Shown here one piece after another: positions 42,203 to 52,559 of a DNA stretch of 64,000 nucleotides. Positions within the stretch are counted from its first letter, which is position 1; each line of letters opens with the position of its first letter. The notes beneath the pieces are model-generated. The model saw only the letters and a program-made list of their open reading frames with translations. It made no database searches and had not been told where the DNA came from. Source of the DNA: Candidatus Deferrimicrobiaceae bacterium (GTDB taxonomy: Bacteria > Desulfobacterota > Deferrimicrobia > Deferrimicrobiales > Deferrimicrobiaceae); contig CAWBVY010000006.1 of NCBI GenBank assembly GCA_963792415.1, forward strand, positions 384,001-448,000. Direction: 5' to 3'. A program made the translations under genes and the position numbers.

Positions 42203-43120
42203 TCACCTCTTCACATCGATCATCTTCTCTCCGCGCCAGAGGGCGACGATCGGGCTGGCGACGAAGACCGAGGAGTAGGTCCCGACCACGATCCCCATCG
42301 CCAGGGCCAGCGCGAAGTTGCGCAGGACATGCCCGCCGAAGACCAGGAGCGAGATCGTGGCGATGAACACGGTCATCGAGGTGACGATGGTCCGGCTGAG
42401 GACCTCGTTGACGCTGAGGTTGATCGTCTCGGAGAAGGTTTTCATCTTCCGGAGCCGGATGTTTTCCCGGATCCGGTCGAAGACGACAACCGTGTCCGTG
42501 AGGGAGTACCCCCCGATGGTGAGGAGCGCGGTGATGAAAAGAAGGTCCTTCTCGATCCCGAGGATCCAGAAGATCCCGACGATGGTGAAGATGTCGTGAA
42601 AGGTGGCGATCGTCGCCGCGACGCCGAACTTGAACTCGAACCGCCACGCGAGGTAGATGACGATCGCCAGCGCGGAAACCAGCAGCGCCAGCTCGGCGTC
42701 CCGGCGCAGCTTTTTTCCGATGGCCGGCCCGATCTCCGAAACGCTCTCGACGATGAACGGGTTGCCCGGGAGGGATTGCCGAAGGAGGTTCACCGTCGGC
42801 TCGGCGACCATCTTTTCTTCCTCCTTGCCGAGGGCGCGCAGCTTGACCAGGAGGGTGTTCTCTCCGGTAATTTCCTGCAACGTGGCCTCGCCGTGTCCCG
42901 CCTTCGCCAGAATTGTGCGGATCGCGTCCATGGAGAACGGCTTCTCGAATTTCAGCTGGATCGATGTCCCGCCCGCCAGGTCGATCCCCAGATTCGCCTT
43001 CCCCCGGTAGATCTGGACGGTCCCTACGAATCCGATGAGCACCAGGATCGCGGAAAATGCGAAGGCGTAATTCTTCAGTCCCATGAAGTCGATCTTGGTG
43101 TTCTTTACTATTTCAATCAT
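42203..43120 (-). CDS. secF: protein translocase subunit SecF
   Basis: LGIDLAGG, YLAWRF, HDI, GYSLTDTVVVFDRIREN, GTYSSVFVA. Confidence 0.97.
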   Translation of the reverse strand: MIEIVKNTKIDFMGLKNYAFAFSAILVLIGFVGTVQIYRGKANLGIDLAGGTSIQLKFEKPFSMDAIRTILAKAGHGEATLQEITGENTLLVKLRALGKEEEKMVAEPTVNLLRQSLPGNPFIVESVSEIGPAIGKKLRRDAELALLVSALAIVIYLAWRFEFKFGVAATIATFHDIFTIVGIFWILGIEKDLLFITALLTIGGYSLTDTVVVFDRIRENIRLRKMKTFSETINLSVNEVLSRTIVTSMTVFIATISLLVFGGHVLRNFALALAMGIVVGTYSSVFVASPIVALWRGEKMIDVKR

Positions 43121-43144
43121 CGCCGTCTTCCGTCCCCGTTTCCG

Positions 43145-44740
43145 TTAAATGCTCAGCGCCTGCATCGGCTTTTTGGCGTTGAGGTAGTCGAACACGACCT
43201 TGGTGCAGACGAGCGCGGTGAACAGGTTGATCGCCACGCCCATGGAGAGCGCCACGGCGAACCCCTTGATCGGCCCGGTGCCGAACTGGAAGAGGATCAC
43301 CGCCGTGATCAGCGTGGTCACGTGGGAGTCGACCACGGTCCAGAACGCCTTGTCGTACCCGGCGTCGATCGCCGCGCGAACGGACTTTTTCGAGCGGATC
43401 TCCTCGCGGATCCGCTCGAAGATCAGGACGTTCGAGTCGACCGCCATCCCGATCGCCAGGATGATCCCCGCGATCCCGGGCAAGGTGAGGGTCGCAGAGA
43501 AGGCGGCCATCCCCGCCAGGAGGAAGAGGATATTGAAGACGAGCGCGAAGTCCGCCACCAGCCCGGCGAACCGGTAATAGAACGCCATGAAGGCGATCAC
43601 CAGCAGTGCGCCGATCAGCGTCGCCCGGATCCCCTTGTTGATCGAGTCAAGGCCCAGGGAGGGCCCGATGGAGACGTTCTGGATCACCTTGACCGGCGCC
43701 GGCAACGAGCCGGCCCGCAGGACGATCGCCAGGTCGGACGCCTCCTCCGGGGTGAAGTTCCCGGTGATCTGCGCCTCGCCGCCCGAGATCCGTTCCTGGA
43801 TGACGGGCGCGGAGTAGACCGTGTCGTCGAGCACGATCGCAAGGCGGCGCTTCACGTTCTCGGCGGTCACCCGGTCGAAGACCTTGGCGCCCTGCGCGTC
43901 GAAGGAGAGGGACACGTGCGCCCCCCCCGCCTGGTTGCCGAAATTCACCTTCGCCGTCTTGATCGTGTCGCCGGTGAGCAGCGCCCGCTTCTTCACGAGT
44001 ATCGGGGTCTTCGTCACCCGGCCGCTCTGCGAGTCCATCGACTTCTGGTAGAGCACCTGGGCATCCTCGGGGACGTTCCCCTTGAGGGCATCGTCCAGGC
44101 TCGCTCCCTCGTCGACCAGCTTGAACTCGAGCAGGGCCGTCTTGCCGACGAGCTCGATCGCCCGCTGCTGGTCCTTCACGCCCGGAAGCTGCACCACGAT
44201 CCGGTCGTCCCCCTCCGCGACGATCTGGGGTTCCCGGACGCCGAACTGGTCGATCCGGTTCCGGATCGTCTCGACCCCCTGCACCACGGCGTTCGTCCGG
44301 ATCGCCTGGATCTCGGCGGGCTTCATCCGCGCGATGACGGTCGCCCCGTCGGCCTTCATTTCGCCCAGGCTCACGTCGAGGGAGGGGAACTCATCCTTGA
44401 GGGTGGCCTGCGCGCGGGTGGCGAAGTCGCCCGGGGGAAACCGGAGAGAGAACCCGCCGTCGGCGACCTTCTGGAAGGCGAGGACCGGCAGCGCCTTCTC
44501 ACGGCAGACGGCGCGCGCGTCGTCCGCGTAGCGCATGGAGGTGTTCTCGATCGCCTTGTCGATATCGACGGCCAGGCGCAGGAACACGCCCCCCTGGAGG
44601 TCGAGCCCGAGGTTGATCTTCGGCATCTTGTCCTTCCACCCCGCGGGGACCCGGTCGGTCAGCGAGGGAAGGAGGACGATGATGGAGACCACCGTAAGAA
44701 CGGCGATCAGGGTGACCCTGCCGGTGATGCTCTTCCACAT
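43145..44740 (-). CDS. secD: protein translocase subunit SecD
   Basis: LGLDLQGG, RNRIDQFGV, LRAGSLPAP, LTLPGIAG, AVDSNVLIFERIREE. Confidence 0.97.
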   Translation of the reverse strand: MWKSITGRVTLIAVLTVVSIIVLLPSLTDRVPAGWKDKMPKINLGLDLQGGVFLRLAVDIDKAIENTSMRYADDARAVCREKALPVLAFQKVADGGFSLRFPPGDFATRAQATLKDEFPSLDVSLGEMKADGATVIARMKPAEIQAIRTNAVVQGVETIRNRIDQFGVREPQIVAEGDDRIVVQLPGVKDQQRAIELVGKTALLEFKLVDEGASLDDALKGNVPEDAQVLYQKSMDSQSGRVTKTPILVKKRALLTGDTIKTAKVNFGNQAGGAHVSLSFDAQGAKVFDRVTAENVKRRLAIVLDDTVYSAPVIQERISGGEAQITGNFTPEEASDLAIVLRAGSLPAPVKVIQNVSIGPSLGLDSINKGIRATLIGALLVIAFMAFYYRFAGLVADFALVFNILFLLAGMAAFSATLTLPGIAGIILAIGMAVDSNVLIFERIREEIRSKKSVRAAIDAGYDKAFWTVVDSHVTTLITAVILFQFGTGPIKGFAVALSMGVAINLFTALVCTKVVFDYLNAKKPMQALSI

Positions 44741-44776
44741 GATCCGCTGGTGCTCCTTTCGGTATCCTTATCCTTT

Positions 44777-45127
44777 TCAGGCGGGTTTCTGCCCCTCGGG
44801 GACGGCCGCATCCTGGCTCGAGCCGGAGACGGCGCTGCGGGTCACCTTCACGCGGACCTTGTCGGCGATCTCGAGGGTGATGGTCGTATCGGTCAATCCC
44901 TTCACCTCGCCGTGAAGCCCCCCCGCGGCCACAACCCGGTCGCCCACCTTGAGGTTCTTGATGAAATCGCGCTGCCTGCTCGCCTGTTTCTGCTGCGGAC
45001 GGATCAGCAGGAAGTAGAAGATAACGAACATGAGCAGGATCGGGAGAAGCCCCATGAGGCCGCCGCCCCCTCCGGCTCCGCCACCCGGGGATCCGCCCAA
45101 CGCGTACGCCACGCCGGTCATGAACAT
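44777..45127 (-). CDS. yajC: preprotein translocase subunit YajC
   Basis: FYFLLIRPQQK, LKVGDRVV..GGLHG. Confidence 0.96.
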   Translation of the reverse strand: MFMTGVAYALGGSPGGGAGGGGGLMGLLPILLMFVIFYFLLIRPQQKQASRQRDFIKNLKVGDRVVAAGGLHGEVKGLTDTTITLEIADKVRVKVTRSAVSGSSQDAAVPEGQKPA

Positions 45128-45149
45128 AAGGATTACACCTCCTTGGCGG

Positions 45150-46259
45150 TTACTCGTTTTCCGAAACGACTGATTCTTTCACAAGTTCCCCGAAATTTCC
45201 ACGGGAAATCGCCTCCCGCGCCCTCCGCATCATCCGCGCGTAGAAATGAAGATTGTGCACGGTCATCGCCATCGCCCCAAGCATCTCCCGCTGGAGATAG
45301 AGGTGGCGCAGGTACGCGCGGGAGAAGCCGCGGCACGTGGGGCAGTCGCACCGCTCGTCCGGCGGAAGGGAGTCGTCCGCGTAGCGGGACTGCTTGATCG
45401 AGACCGACCCCCCGGAGGTGAACATCATGCCGTTCCTCGCGTTGCGCGTCGGCAGAACGCAGTCGAACAGGTCCACCCCCCGCGCGATCGCAAAGAGGAT
45501 GTCCGCGGGCGTCCCAACCCCCATCAGGTAGCGCGGCATGGAAGCGGGAAGCATCGGCGCCGTCCCGTCCACGGTCTCACGCTGGAGCTCCTTCCCCTCC
45601 CCTACGCTCACCCCCCCGATGGCGAATCCCTGAAACGGGAGGGCGCAGATCTCCTCGACGCTGCGCCGCCGAAGGTCGGGGAACATCCCCCCCTGGACGA
45701 TCCCGAACATTCCCCCGTCCCCGGTGGTGCGCGCCGCGAGGGAGCGGGTCGCCCACAATGTCGTCCGCCGCACCGCCTCTTCGACCTCTTCCCGGCCCGC
45801 GGGGTATTCCACGCACTCGTCCAGCGCCATCCGCACGTCCGACCCGAGCGCCTCCTGCACCGCCACCGCGAGCTCCGGGGTGAGGGTGTGCGCCGACCCG
45901 TCGAGGTGGGAGCGGAACGTCACCGCCTCGTCGGACACCTTCCGCAGGGCGCTGAGGGAGAAGACCTGGAACCCGCCGCTGTCGGTGAGGATCAGGCGGT
46001 CCCACCCCATGAACCGGTGGAGCCCCCCCTGTCCCCGGATACGCTCGTGGCCGGGTCGCAGGTACAGATGATACGTGTTGCCGAGGATGCAGCCGTACCC
46101 CATCTCCCGCAGCTGGTCCGGCCAGACCCCCTTGACCGTCGCCGCCGTCCCCACGGGCATGAAGGCCGGAGTGCGCAGGGTCCCCCGATCGGTCGAGATC
46201 GTCCCCGCCCGCGCCGCGGTGCCAACGTCCAGCGCCTCGACCGTGAACCGGAGCGTCAA
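45150..46259 (-). CDS. tgt: queuine tRNA-guanine transglycosylase
   Basis: TPAFMPVGT, GNTYHL, TDSGGFQVFSL, GIVQGG, DCVLPTRNARNG, CDCPTC; AGGAGG before TTG 46259. Confidence 0.97.
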   Translation of the reverse strand: MTLRFTVEALDVGTAARAGTISTDRGTLRTPAFMPVGTAATVKGVWPDQLREMGYGCILGNTYHLYLRPGHERIRGQGGLHRFMGWDRLILTDSGGFQVFSLSALRKVSDEAVTFRSHLDGSAHTLTPELAVAVQEALGSDVRMALDECVEYPAGREEVEEAVRRTTLWATRSLAARTTGDGGMFGIVQGGMFPDLRRRSVEEICALPFQGFAIGGVSVGEGKELQRETVDGTAPMLPASMPRYLMGVGTPADILFAIARGVDLFDCVLPTRNARNGMMFTSGGSVSIKQSRYADDSLPPDERCDCPTCRGFSRAYLRHLYLQREMLGAMAMTVHNLHFYARMMRRAREAISRGNFGELVKESVVSENE

Positions 46260-46269
46260 AGGGACCTCC

Positions 46270-47328
46270 TCAAGAGATGAACATCGCGTCACCGTAGCTG
46301 AAGAAGCGGTATTCCCGAGCCACCGCCTCGCTGTACGCCGCCCGCACCGCGTCGACGCCGGCGAACGCCATCACCAGGGCGAGCAGGCTGGACCGCGGCA
46401 GGTGGAAATTCGTCAGGAGGGCGTCGACAGCCCGGAACCGGTAGCCGGGGAAGATGAACTTTCGCGTCGTCCCCCCCGACGGCTCCACCGTGCCGCCGGA
46501 AGCCGCGCACGTCTCCAGGGTCCGGACGCTGGTGGTGCCCACAGCGACCACGCGCCCGCCGCGGGCGCGCGCCGCGTTGATCTCCGCCGCCGTTTCCGGG
46601 GGAAGCCGGTACCGTTCCGGGTGGATCGCGTACGCCTCGACCTCCTCCGTGCGGATCGGGGAGAAGGTGCCGTACCCGACCGACAGGGTCAACCGCGAGA
46701 CGCCCACTCCCGCCGCAGCGAGCTCCCCCAGGAGATCCTCGTCGAAATGAAGCCCCGCGGTCGGCGCCGCCACCGAGCCCGGGTTCTTCGCGTACACGGT
46801 CTGGTACCGGACCGCGTCCTCCTTCGCCGCGGGATCGCCGGCGCGACGTCGGATGTACGGTGGCAGCGGCACATCCCCCGCGCGCTCCAGCGCCTTCGCG
46901 ACGGGAACGCCTCCCCCCGACAGGAGCACCTCCCAGCGTCCCCCGTCCAGCCTCCGCGCGAGGCGGACCCGCAGGGTCCCTCCGACCTCGAACTCCTCCC
47001 CTTCCCTCAGTCGCTTCGTGGGCCGGGCGAGCGCCTCCCAACGCTCCTCCCCCGCGACTCCGGCTTCCGGCAGGGGCGACAGGAGAAAGACCTCGACGGC
47101 CCCGCCCGTCGCGCGCGCCGCGCGAAGCCGCCCGTGGAGAACCTTCGTATCGTTGACAACCAGCAGGTCCCCGCGGCGAAGCAGGAACGGCAATTCCGAA
47201 AATACGCGGTGTCCGATCTCGCCGGTCGCGCGGGAGAGGGTCATCAGGCGGGCGTCGCGTCGACGGGGAGCCGGGTGCTGCGCGACGAGACGCTCCGGCA
47301 GGTCGTACTCCAGCAGATCGGTCCTCAG
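46270..47328 (-). CDS. queA: S-adenosylmethionine:tRNA ribosyltransferase-isomerase
   Basis: YDLPERLVAQHP, VNDTKV, PLPPYI, YQTVYA, AAPTAGLHF, VGTT, TNFHLP, FFSYGDAM; start probably CTG. Confidence 0.95.
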   Translation of the reverse strand: MRTDLLEYDLPERLVAQHPAPRRRDARLMTLSRATGEIGHRVFSELPFLLRRGDLLVVNDTKVLHGRLRAARATGGAVEVFLLSPLPEAGVAGEERWEALARPTKRLREGEEFEVGGTLRVRLARRLDGGRWEVLLSGGGVPVAKALERAGDVPLPPYIRRRAGDPAAKEDAVRYQTVYAKNPGSVAAPTAGLHFDEDLLGELAAAGVGVSRLTLSVGYGTFSPIRTEEVEAYAIHPERYRLPPETAAEINAARARGGRVVAVGTTSVRTLETCAASGGTVEPSGGTTRKFIFPGYRFRAVDALLTNFHLPRSSLLALVMAFAGVDAVRAAYSEAVAREYRFFSYGDAMFIS

Positions 47329-48530
47329 GGCGACTCTCCCGAAATTTCGGTCCCGGGGTAGTAGCGGGCGAGGATTTCGCGAAACCCCGCGCCGCGCCGG
47401 GCCATCCCGTTCGCCCCGAACTGGCACATCCCCACCCCGTGTCCCCACCCTTCCCCCGTGAACCGCCACTCCCCGGCGACGGGGACGATCTCCATCTTCA
47501 GGCTGCGGACTTTCGCGTACCCCGCCGCCCTCCGGAACTCGGCGGCCTGCAGCTCCCGGGAGACGCCGCCGGAGGAGATCCGGACGCGGGTCGCCCGCCC
47601 CGTCGGGGTGCGGCCCGTCACGGCGAACCGAAGATCCTTCCCGGGCGGGACACCGAGCGCCTTCGCCACGCGGCGCCCCTCCGCGTCGGACATCCGGTAC
47701 TCCCACCGGTAGACCGGGCTGTCGGCGCAATCGTCGCAGTACTGCGCCCGCAGGTACGGGATGTCCTTCCCCCAGGCGGATCCGGCGTCTTCGGTCCGGC
47801 CCCCGCAAGTGGAGTGGTACACCGTCCGCGCGAGCCCGCCCCGGTACCGTACCACCAGCCCCCGCGTCCGGTCGGACGCCTCCCGGAAGACCGCCGCGAC
47901 CCCGTCCATCCCGTCGAACACCTGGTCTTCCACGCCGCCCACGACGTCATACGCGGGGTCGCGCGGCTTCGCGGCCGCCCCGACGACGTACGTCCGCACC
48001 GCCACCGCCATCGCCGAGAGCGCCTCCGGGTGGAACCGCTGCGGCGCCTCCCGGCTGACCACGGCGGCGACGTACGCCTCCAGCGGCACCACGGCGACGG
48101 CGAGCAGTTCCCCTTTCCGCGCGAGGAGGCGGACCCGGCCGCCCACCTTCCGGTTCCCGAAGCGCAGTTCCGGCGAACCCGCCACGTCGAGGGTGTCGCC
48201 GAGGAGCGTCGACCCGTTCCACCGGATCCGTTCCCCGACCGCGGCCAGAGGGACACGGCCCGCCGCTTCGGCGGCGAGCCTCCCGTCGGGGCCCCACGCC
48301 CGGATCGTCTCCCCTTCGAGCACGACCGCCGACGTCCCTCCCGAGAGGAGCACACGGATGAACCGGGTCCCCGTCACATCGGAGGGAGACGCCACGACGG
48401 CACCCGGACGGGCGGTGATCCCCGGCCGCGGCGCGGGAGGAGCCCCCGGGGACGGGGGCTCCCGGGAAGGCGCCCCCGCGCAGCCGGCGAGGAGGAGAAT
48501 CCCCGCCGCGAATAGGGGGAGGTGCTTCAT
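47325..48530 (-). CDS. SpoIID/LytB domain lipoprotein
   Basis: lipobox LAGC, LEAYVAAVVSRE, AVAVRTY, YHSTCGGRT, GWGHGVGMCQFGA, ILARYYPG; alternative GTG start at 48533. Confidence 0.92.
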   Translation of the reverse strand: MKHLPLFAAGILLLAGCAGAPSREPPSPGAPPAPRPGITARPGAVVASPSDVTGTRFIRVLLSGGTSAVVLEGETIRAWGPDGRLAAEAAGRVPLAAVGERIRWNGSTLLGDTLDVAGSPELRFGNRKVGGRVRLLARKGELLAVAVVPLEAYVAAVVSREAPQRFHPEALSAMAVAVRTYVVGAAAKPRDPAYDVVGGVEDQVFDGMDGVAAVFREASDRTRGLVVRYRGGLARTVYHSTCGGRTEDAGSAWGKDIPYLRAQYCDDCADSPVYRWEYRMSDAEGRRVAKALGVPPGKDLRFAVTGRTPTGRATRVRISSGGVSRELQAAEFRRAAGYAKVRSLKMEIVPVAGEWRFTGEGWGHGVGMCQFGANGMARRGAGFREILARYYPGTEISGESP

Positions 48531-49300
48531 CACTCCTTCGCCGGGGGCGGGGTCACCATTTTCGCCAGCTGCATGAACGGGGTGAGCAGGTCGATCGGCA
48601 CGGGGAAGATGGTCGTCGAATTGTTCTCCGCCGCCACTTCCCGCAGCGTCTGCAGGTAGCGCAGCTGCAGGGCGATCGGGTTCTCGGCGATGATCTTCGC
48701 CGCGTCGGAGAGTTTCTGCGCCGCCTGGAACTCCCCCTCGGCGCCGATGACCTTGGCGCGCCGCTCCCGCTCGGCCTCGGCCTGCTTGGCGATCGCCCTC
48801 TGCATCTCCTGCGGCAGGTCGATGTTCTTGATCTCCACCTTCGCGACCTTGACGCCCCACGGCTCCGTGTCCTTGTCGAGGATCTCCTGGAGGTGCGCGT
48901 TGATCTTCTCCCGCTCCGCGAGGAGCTCGTCGAGCTCGGCCTGGCCGCAGACCGACCGGAGGGTCGTCTGGGAGAGCTGGGACGTCGCGTAGAGGTAGTT
49001 CTCCACGCCGATGATCGCCCGGTTCGGGTCGATGACGCGGAAATACAGGACGGCGCTCACCTTGATGGTGACGTTGTCCCGCGTGATGACGTCCTGCGCG
49101 GGGACGTCCATCGCAACGACGCGCAGGTCCACCCGGACCATTTTATCGATGGCGGGAATCAGGAGGATGAGGCCGGGGCCCTTCGCCCCGATCACGCGCC
49201 CGAGCCGGAACACGACCCCCCGCTCGTACTCGTTCAGGATCTTTACGGCGCTGGACAGGAAGAGCAGGACCAGTACAAGTGCGGCTGCATAGGTGATCAT
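48530..49300 (-). CDS. slipin / SPFH (stomatin-like) protein
   Basis: [49 protein letters not shown]. Confidence 0.95.
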   Translation of the reverse strand: MITYAAALVLVLLFLSSAVKILNEYERGVVFRLGRVIGAKGPGLILLIPAIDKMVRVDLRVVAMDVPAQDVITRDNVTIKVSAVLYFRVIDPNRAIIGVENYLYATSQLSQTTLRSVCGQAELDELLAEREKINAHLQEILDKDTEPWGVKVAKVEIKNIDLPQEMQRAIAKQAEAERERRAKVIGAEGEFQAAQKLSDAAKIIAENPIALQLRYLQTLREVAAENNSTTIFPVPIDLLTPFMQLAKMVTPPPAKE

Positions 49301-49339
49301 TCGACGATCCTCCTTTAATTGTCAGGCGTTCCTCCGCGG

Positions 49340-50650
49340 TCAGCGGTCTTTCTTCGGTTCGACGACGAGCGTCATCCCGTCGAGGCTTTTCACAATCACC
49401 GGCTCCCCCTTGCGGACGGGCCGGTCGCACCGCGCTTCCCACAGCTCTCCGACGACGTGCACTTTCCCCTTCGGATCGATGTCCGTTACCGCCTCCCCGA
49501 TCTCTCCGACCATTCCCTCCGGACCGGTGGACGGCTTGCGGAGCTGGCTGCGCACGGCCAGCGAGATGACCACGGCGAAGAAGACCGCCGACAGCGCGAC
49601 CATGGTGGCCAGCACGGACCAGGAGATGCGCACGTACGGGTCGGCGCTCTCCCGGAAGAGCATCAGGCTCCCGAGGATCATCGCGACGATTCCGCCGATC
49701 GCCAGCGCCCCGTGCGTCTGGGCCTTCAGCTCGAGGAAGAAGAGGAGGAGGGAGAGGAGGACCAGCAGAAAGCCGGCGAAGCTGGCCGAGAGGGTCTGCA
49801 GGGCGTAGAAGCCCAGGAGAAGGCAGATCCCCCCCACCACTCCAGGGAACACCGCGCCGGGGGAGGCGAGCTCGAAGTAGATCCCGTAGACCCCGATCAT
49901 CATCAGGATGTAGGCGATATTGGGGTTCGCCAGGGCGGACAGGACGCGGTGGCGAAGACCCATGGGCACGCGGACGACCGGCGCGCCCTTCGTCCGGAGG
50001 GTCAGCGTCTCACCGCCCTTCCGGATCACCCTCCCGTCGATCCGGGCGAGGAGGTCGGAAAGGGACGCGGCGACCAGGTCGACGACATTCCTTTCCAGGG
50101 CGTCTTTTTCCGAGAGGGAGGCGCTCTCCCGCACGGCGCTCTCCGCCCATTCGACGTTCCGCCCCCGGCCCCCGGCCAGCGAGCGCGCGTAGGCCGCGGC
50201 GTCGTTTTCCACCTTCCGCGACATCGTGTTGTCCATCCCGCCGCCCCCCATGTTGACCGGGTGGGCCGCGCCGATGTTGGTCCCGGGGGCCATGGCGGCC
50301 ACGTCGGCCGCCAGCGTGATCATCACCCCCGCGGACGCCGCCCGCGCACCCTGCGGGGAGACGTACACCGCGACGGGGACCCGGCTCTTGAGGATCGCCT
50401 GCACCATCTCCCGCATCGCGGAATCGAGTCCGCCCGGCGTGTCGAGCTCGACCACGAGAAGGGCGGCGTCCTCTTCCTCCGCCCGGGCGATGACGGAGGA
50501 GAGGTAGTCCGCCGTGACGGGGCCGATCGGGGCGGCGATGGTGGCGACGAGCACCCCCTTCACCGGCGGTTCGGCGGGAAGGGCGACGCCGGGAACGGCG
50601 AGGAGAAAAATGATCGCGGCGAGCAGGATGCGGCGAACGAAACGTGTCAT
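49340..50650 (-). CDS. nfeD: NfeD family membrane serine protease (long form)
   Basis: LDTPGG, AASAG, AMAPGTNIGAAHPV, KVEND, GRNVEWA, C-terminal GELWEA OB fold; paired with slipin. Confidence 0.93.
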   Translation of the reverse strand: MTRFVRRILLAAIIFLLAVPGVALPAEPPVKGVLVATIAAPIGPVTADYLSSVIARAEEEDAALLVVELDTPGGLDSAMREMVQAILKSRVPVAVYVSPQGARAASAGVMITLAADVAAMAPGTNIGAAHPVNMGGGGMDNTMSRKVENDAAAYARSLAGGRGRNVEWAESAVRESASLSEKDALERNVVDLVAASLSDLLARIDGRVIRKGGETLTLRTKGAPVVRVPMGLRHRVLSALANPNIAYILMMIGVYGIYFELASPGAVFPGVVGGICLLLGFYALQTLSASFAGFLLVLLSLLLFFLELKAQTHGALAIGGIVAMILGSLMLFRESADPYVRISWSVLATMVALSAVFFAVVISLAVRSQLRKPSTGPEGMVGEIGEAVTDIDPKGKVHVVGELWEARCDRPVRKGEPVIVKSLDGMTLVVEPKKDR

Positions 50651-51840
50651 GGCAGTCGTTTCCTGTAGACGGCGAATTTCAGGTACTCGGTTTCGGGAAC
50701 GGACAGGAGCACCGGGTGATCGGGCGGCTGTCCCCCCCACGCGATCCTCTCGAGGTCGGCGCCGGCATCGGCCGCCGCGTCCCGGAGGGCCTCGACCCAC
50801 TGCGTCCCGTCGATCAACTGCGTGCAGGACGAGGTGGCGAGAACGCCCCCGGGAGTGAGGACCGAAAGCCCCATCCGGTTGATGTCCCGGTATCCGCGGA
50901 GCGCCCCCTCCCTGCCGTCCCGGGACTTGGCGAACGACGGCGGGTCGAGGATCACGAGGTCGAACCGCCGCCCGACGTCCCTCAAGTTCCGAAGCGCCTG
51001 GAAGAGATCCTCCGCCTCCCCCTCCCACCGCGCGGAAACCCCGTTCAACGCGGCGTTCGCGCGCGCGGTCTCGACAGCCGGGCGCGAGGAGTCGATCGCA
51101 AGAACGCTCTTCGCCCCCCCGGCGAGGGCGTACAGGCCGAACCCTCCCGCGGCGCAGAAGCCGTCGAGCACGGCCTTCCCCTTTCCCAGGTCGCGGACGA
51201 TGCCCCGATTCCTCCGCTGGTCGAGAAAGAAGCCCGTCTTCGGCCCCGACTCCACGTCCACGGAAAACCGGACTCCGTCCGTCTCGATCTCCTCCCGGGT
51301 CGTCCCCTCCCCGCGGGCGGGCCCCTTCCGCTCCGCCAGGCCTTCGTGACGGCGTCCCCCGCCTTCGGATCGCTCGTAGATCAGCCGCGGCCGGAAGTGG
51401 CGCTCGAGGACGTCGAGGAGAAGATCCCGGACGATCTCCATCCCCGCGGTCAGGATCTGCACCGAGAGGACGTCGCCGTACCGGTCCGCGATCACCCCCG
51501 GAAGGAAATCGCCCTCGGAGTACAGGACCCGCAGGGCGCGCTCCCCGCCCATCCCCGCCTCGGCGCGCCGCCCGGACGCCTGGCGCAGCCGGTCCCCGAG
51601 GAACGCCTCCGTCGGCAGGACATCCGCCCGGGACACCCGCCGAAGTGCAATCCGGGACCCGAGGTTGATCGTCGCCGTCCCGAGAGGTTCCCCGGACCTC
51701 GAGCGCGCCCAGATCCACTGCCCCGGCGAGAGGCCCGGCGGCACCTCGCGGAGGTCGTCCCCGAACACCCACGGGTGGCCGGAGCGCAGCCGTTCCTCGC
51801 CTTTCCGGCTCACGTGGACCTCGCTGAGGGAATCCGTCAT
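50647..51840 (-). CDS. RlmI-like rRNA m5C methyltransferase
   Basis: GHPWVF, SEGDFLPG..DRY, KTGFFLDQR, FDLVILDPPSF, DHPV, ETEYLK. Confidence 0.9.
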   Translation of the reverse strand: MTDSLSEVHVSRKGEERLRSGHPWVFGDDLREVPPGLSPGQWIWARSRSGEPLGTATINLGSRIALRRVSRADVLPTEAFLGDRLRQASGRRAEAGMGGERALRVLYSEGDFLPGVIADRYGDVLSVQILTAGMEIVRDLLLDVLERHFRPRLIYERSEGGGRRHEGLAERKGPARGEGTTREEIETDGVRFSVDVESGPKTGFFLDQRRNRGIVRDLGKGKAVLDGFCAAGGFGLYALAGGAKSVLAIDSSRPAVETARANAALNGVSARWEGEAEDLFQALRNLRDVGRRFDLVILDPPSFAKSRDGREGALRGYRDINRMGLSVLTPGGVLATSSCTQLIDGTQWVEALRDAAADAGADLERIAWGGQPPDHPVLLSVPETEYLKFAVYRKRLP

Positions 51841-52559
51841 TTCGCGAGAGGAAGCCGGAGACGCGAGGCGAGTGCATCGAAGTCCTCGATCACTTCCGTC
51901 TCCCGGGCGGCGTTGCGCAGGATGAAGGCGGGATGATACGTGGGGAGCACGGGGACGCCGTCCCGCTCCCTCCACTTCCCCCGCTCCCTGGTGATCTTCT
52001 CCTCGACTCCCAGCAGGAAATTCAGCGCGGTCGCACCGAGGGTGCAGACGACTTCGGGGCGGATCGCCCGAATCTGGCGCAACAGGTACGGAAGGCATAC
52101 CTTCGCCTCTTCGGGAAGAGGGGCGCGGTTCCCCGGCGGGCGGCACTTCACGATGTTCGCGATGTAGACGTTCTCCCGACGAAGGCCGATCCGCGCGATC
52201 CACCGATCGAGCCGCTTCCCGGCGGCCCCGACGAACGGCTCCCCCAGGCGGTCCTCCTCGGACCCGGGTCCCTCGCCGACGAACATCAGCCGGGCGCGGG
52301 GGTTCCCGACCCCGAAGACGACTGTGGAGCGACCCGCGCAGAGTGGACAACGGCGGCAGTCGGCCAGCTCCTCCCGGATGTCGTCGAGGGTCTCCACGGC
52401 GGGACCGGAAGGGGGGACCGCCCCAGCCGCGTCCCCATCAGAAAGCGAAGGGATCATGGCCCGCGCGGACGAGGACGCACGGGCCGGCAGCATCACATAG
52501 TCCACGCCGACCTCCTTGAGCCACGTTGCCAGCATCCGGCGCGAAACGGTCCGGCTCAT
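51837..52559 (-). CDS. uracil-DNA glycosylase, family 4 (Fe-S)
   Basis: CRRCPL, FVGEGPG, PFVGAAG, NIVKCRPP.NR, TYHPA. Confidence 0.95.
   Translation of the reverse strand: MSRTVSRRMLATWLKEVGVDYVMLPARASSSARAMIPSLSDGDAAGAVPPSGPAVETLDDIREELADCRRCPLCAGRSTVVFGVGNPRARLMFVGEGPGSEEDRLGEPFVGAAGKRLDRWIARIGLRRENVYIANIVKCRPPGNRAPLPEEAKVCLPYLLRQIRAIRPEVVCTLGATALNFLLGVEEKITRERGKWRERDGVPVLPTYHPAFILRNAARETEVIEDFDALASRLRLPLAK

Noticed and set aside
48530-50650. NfeD-slipin pair as a new system
   Set aside because: Well-known conserved gene pair.
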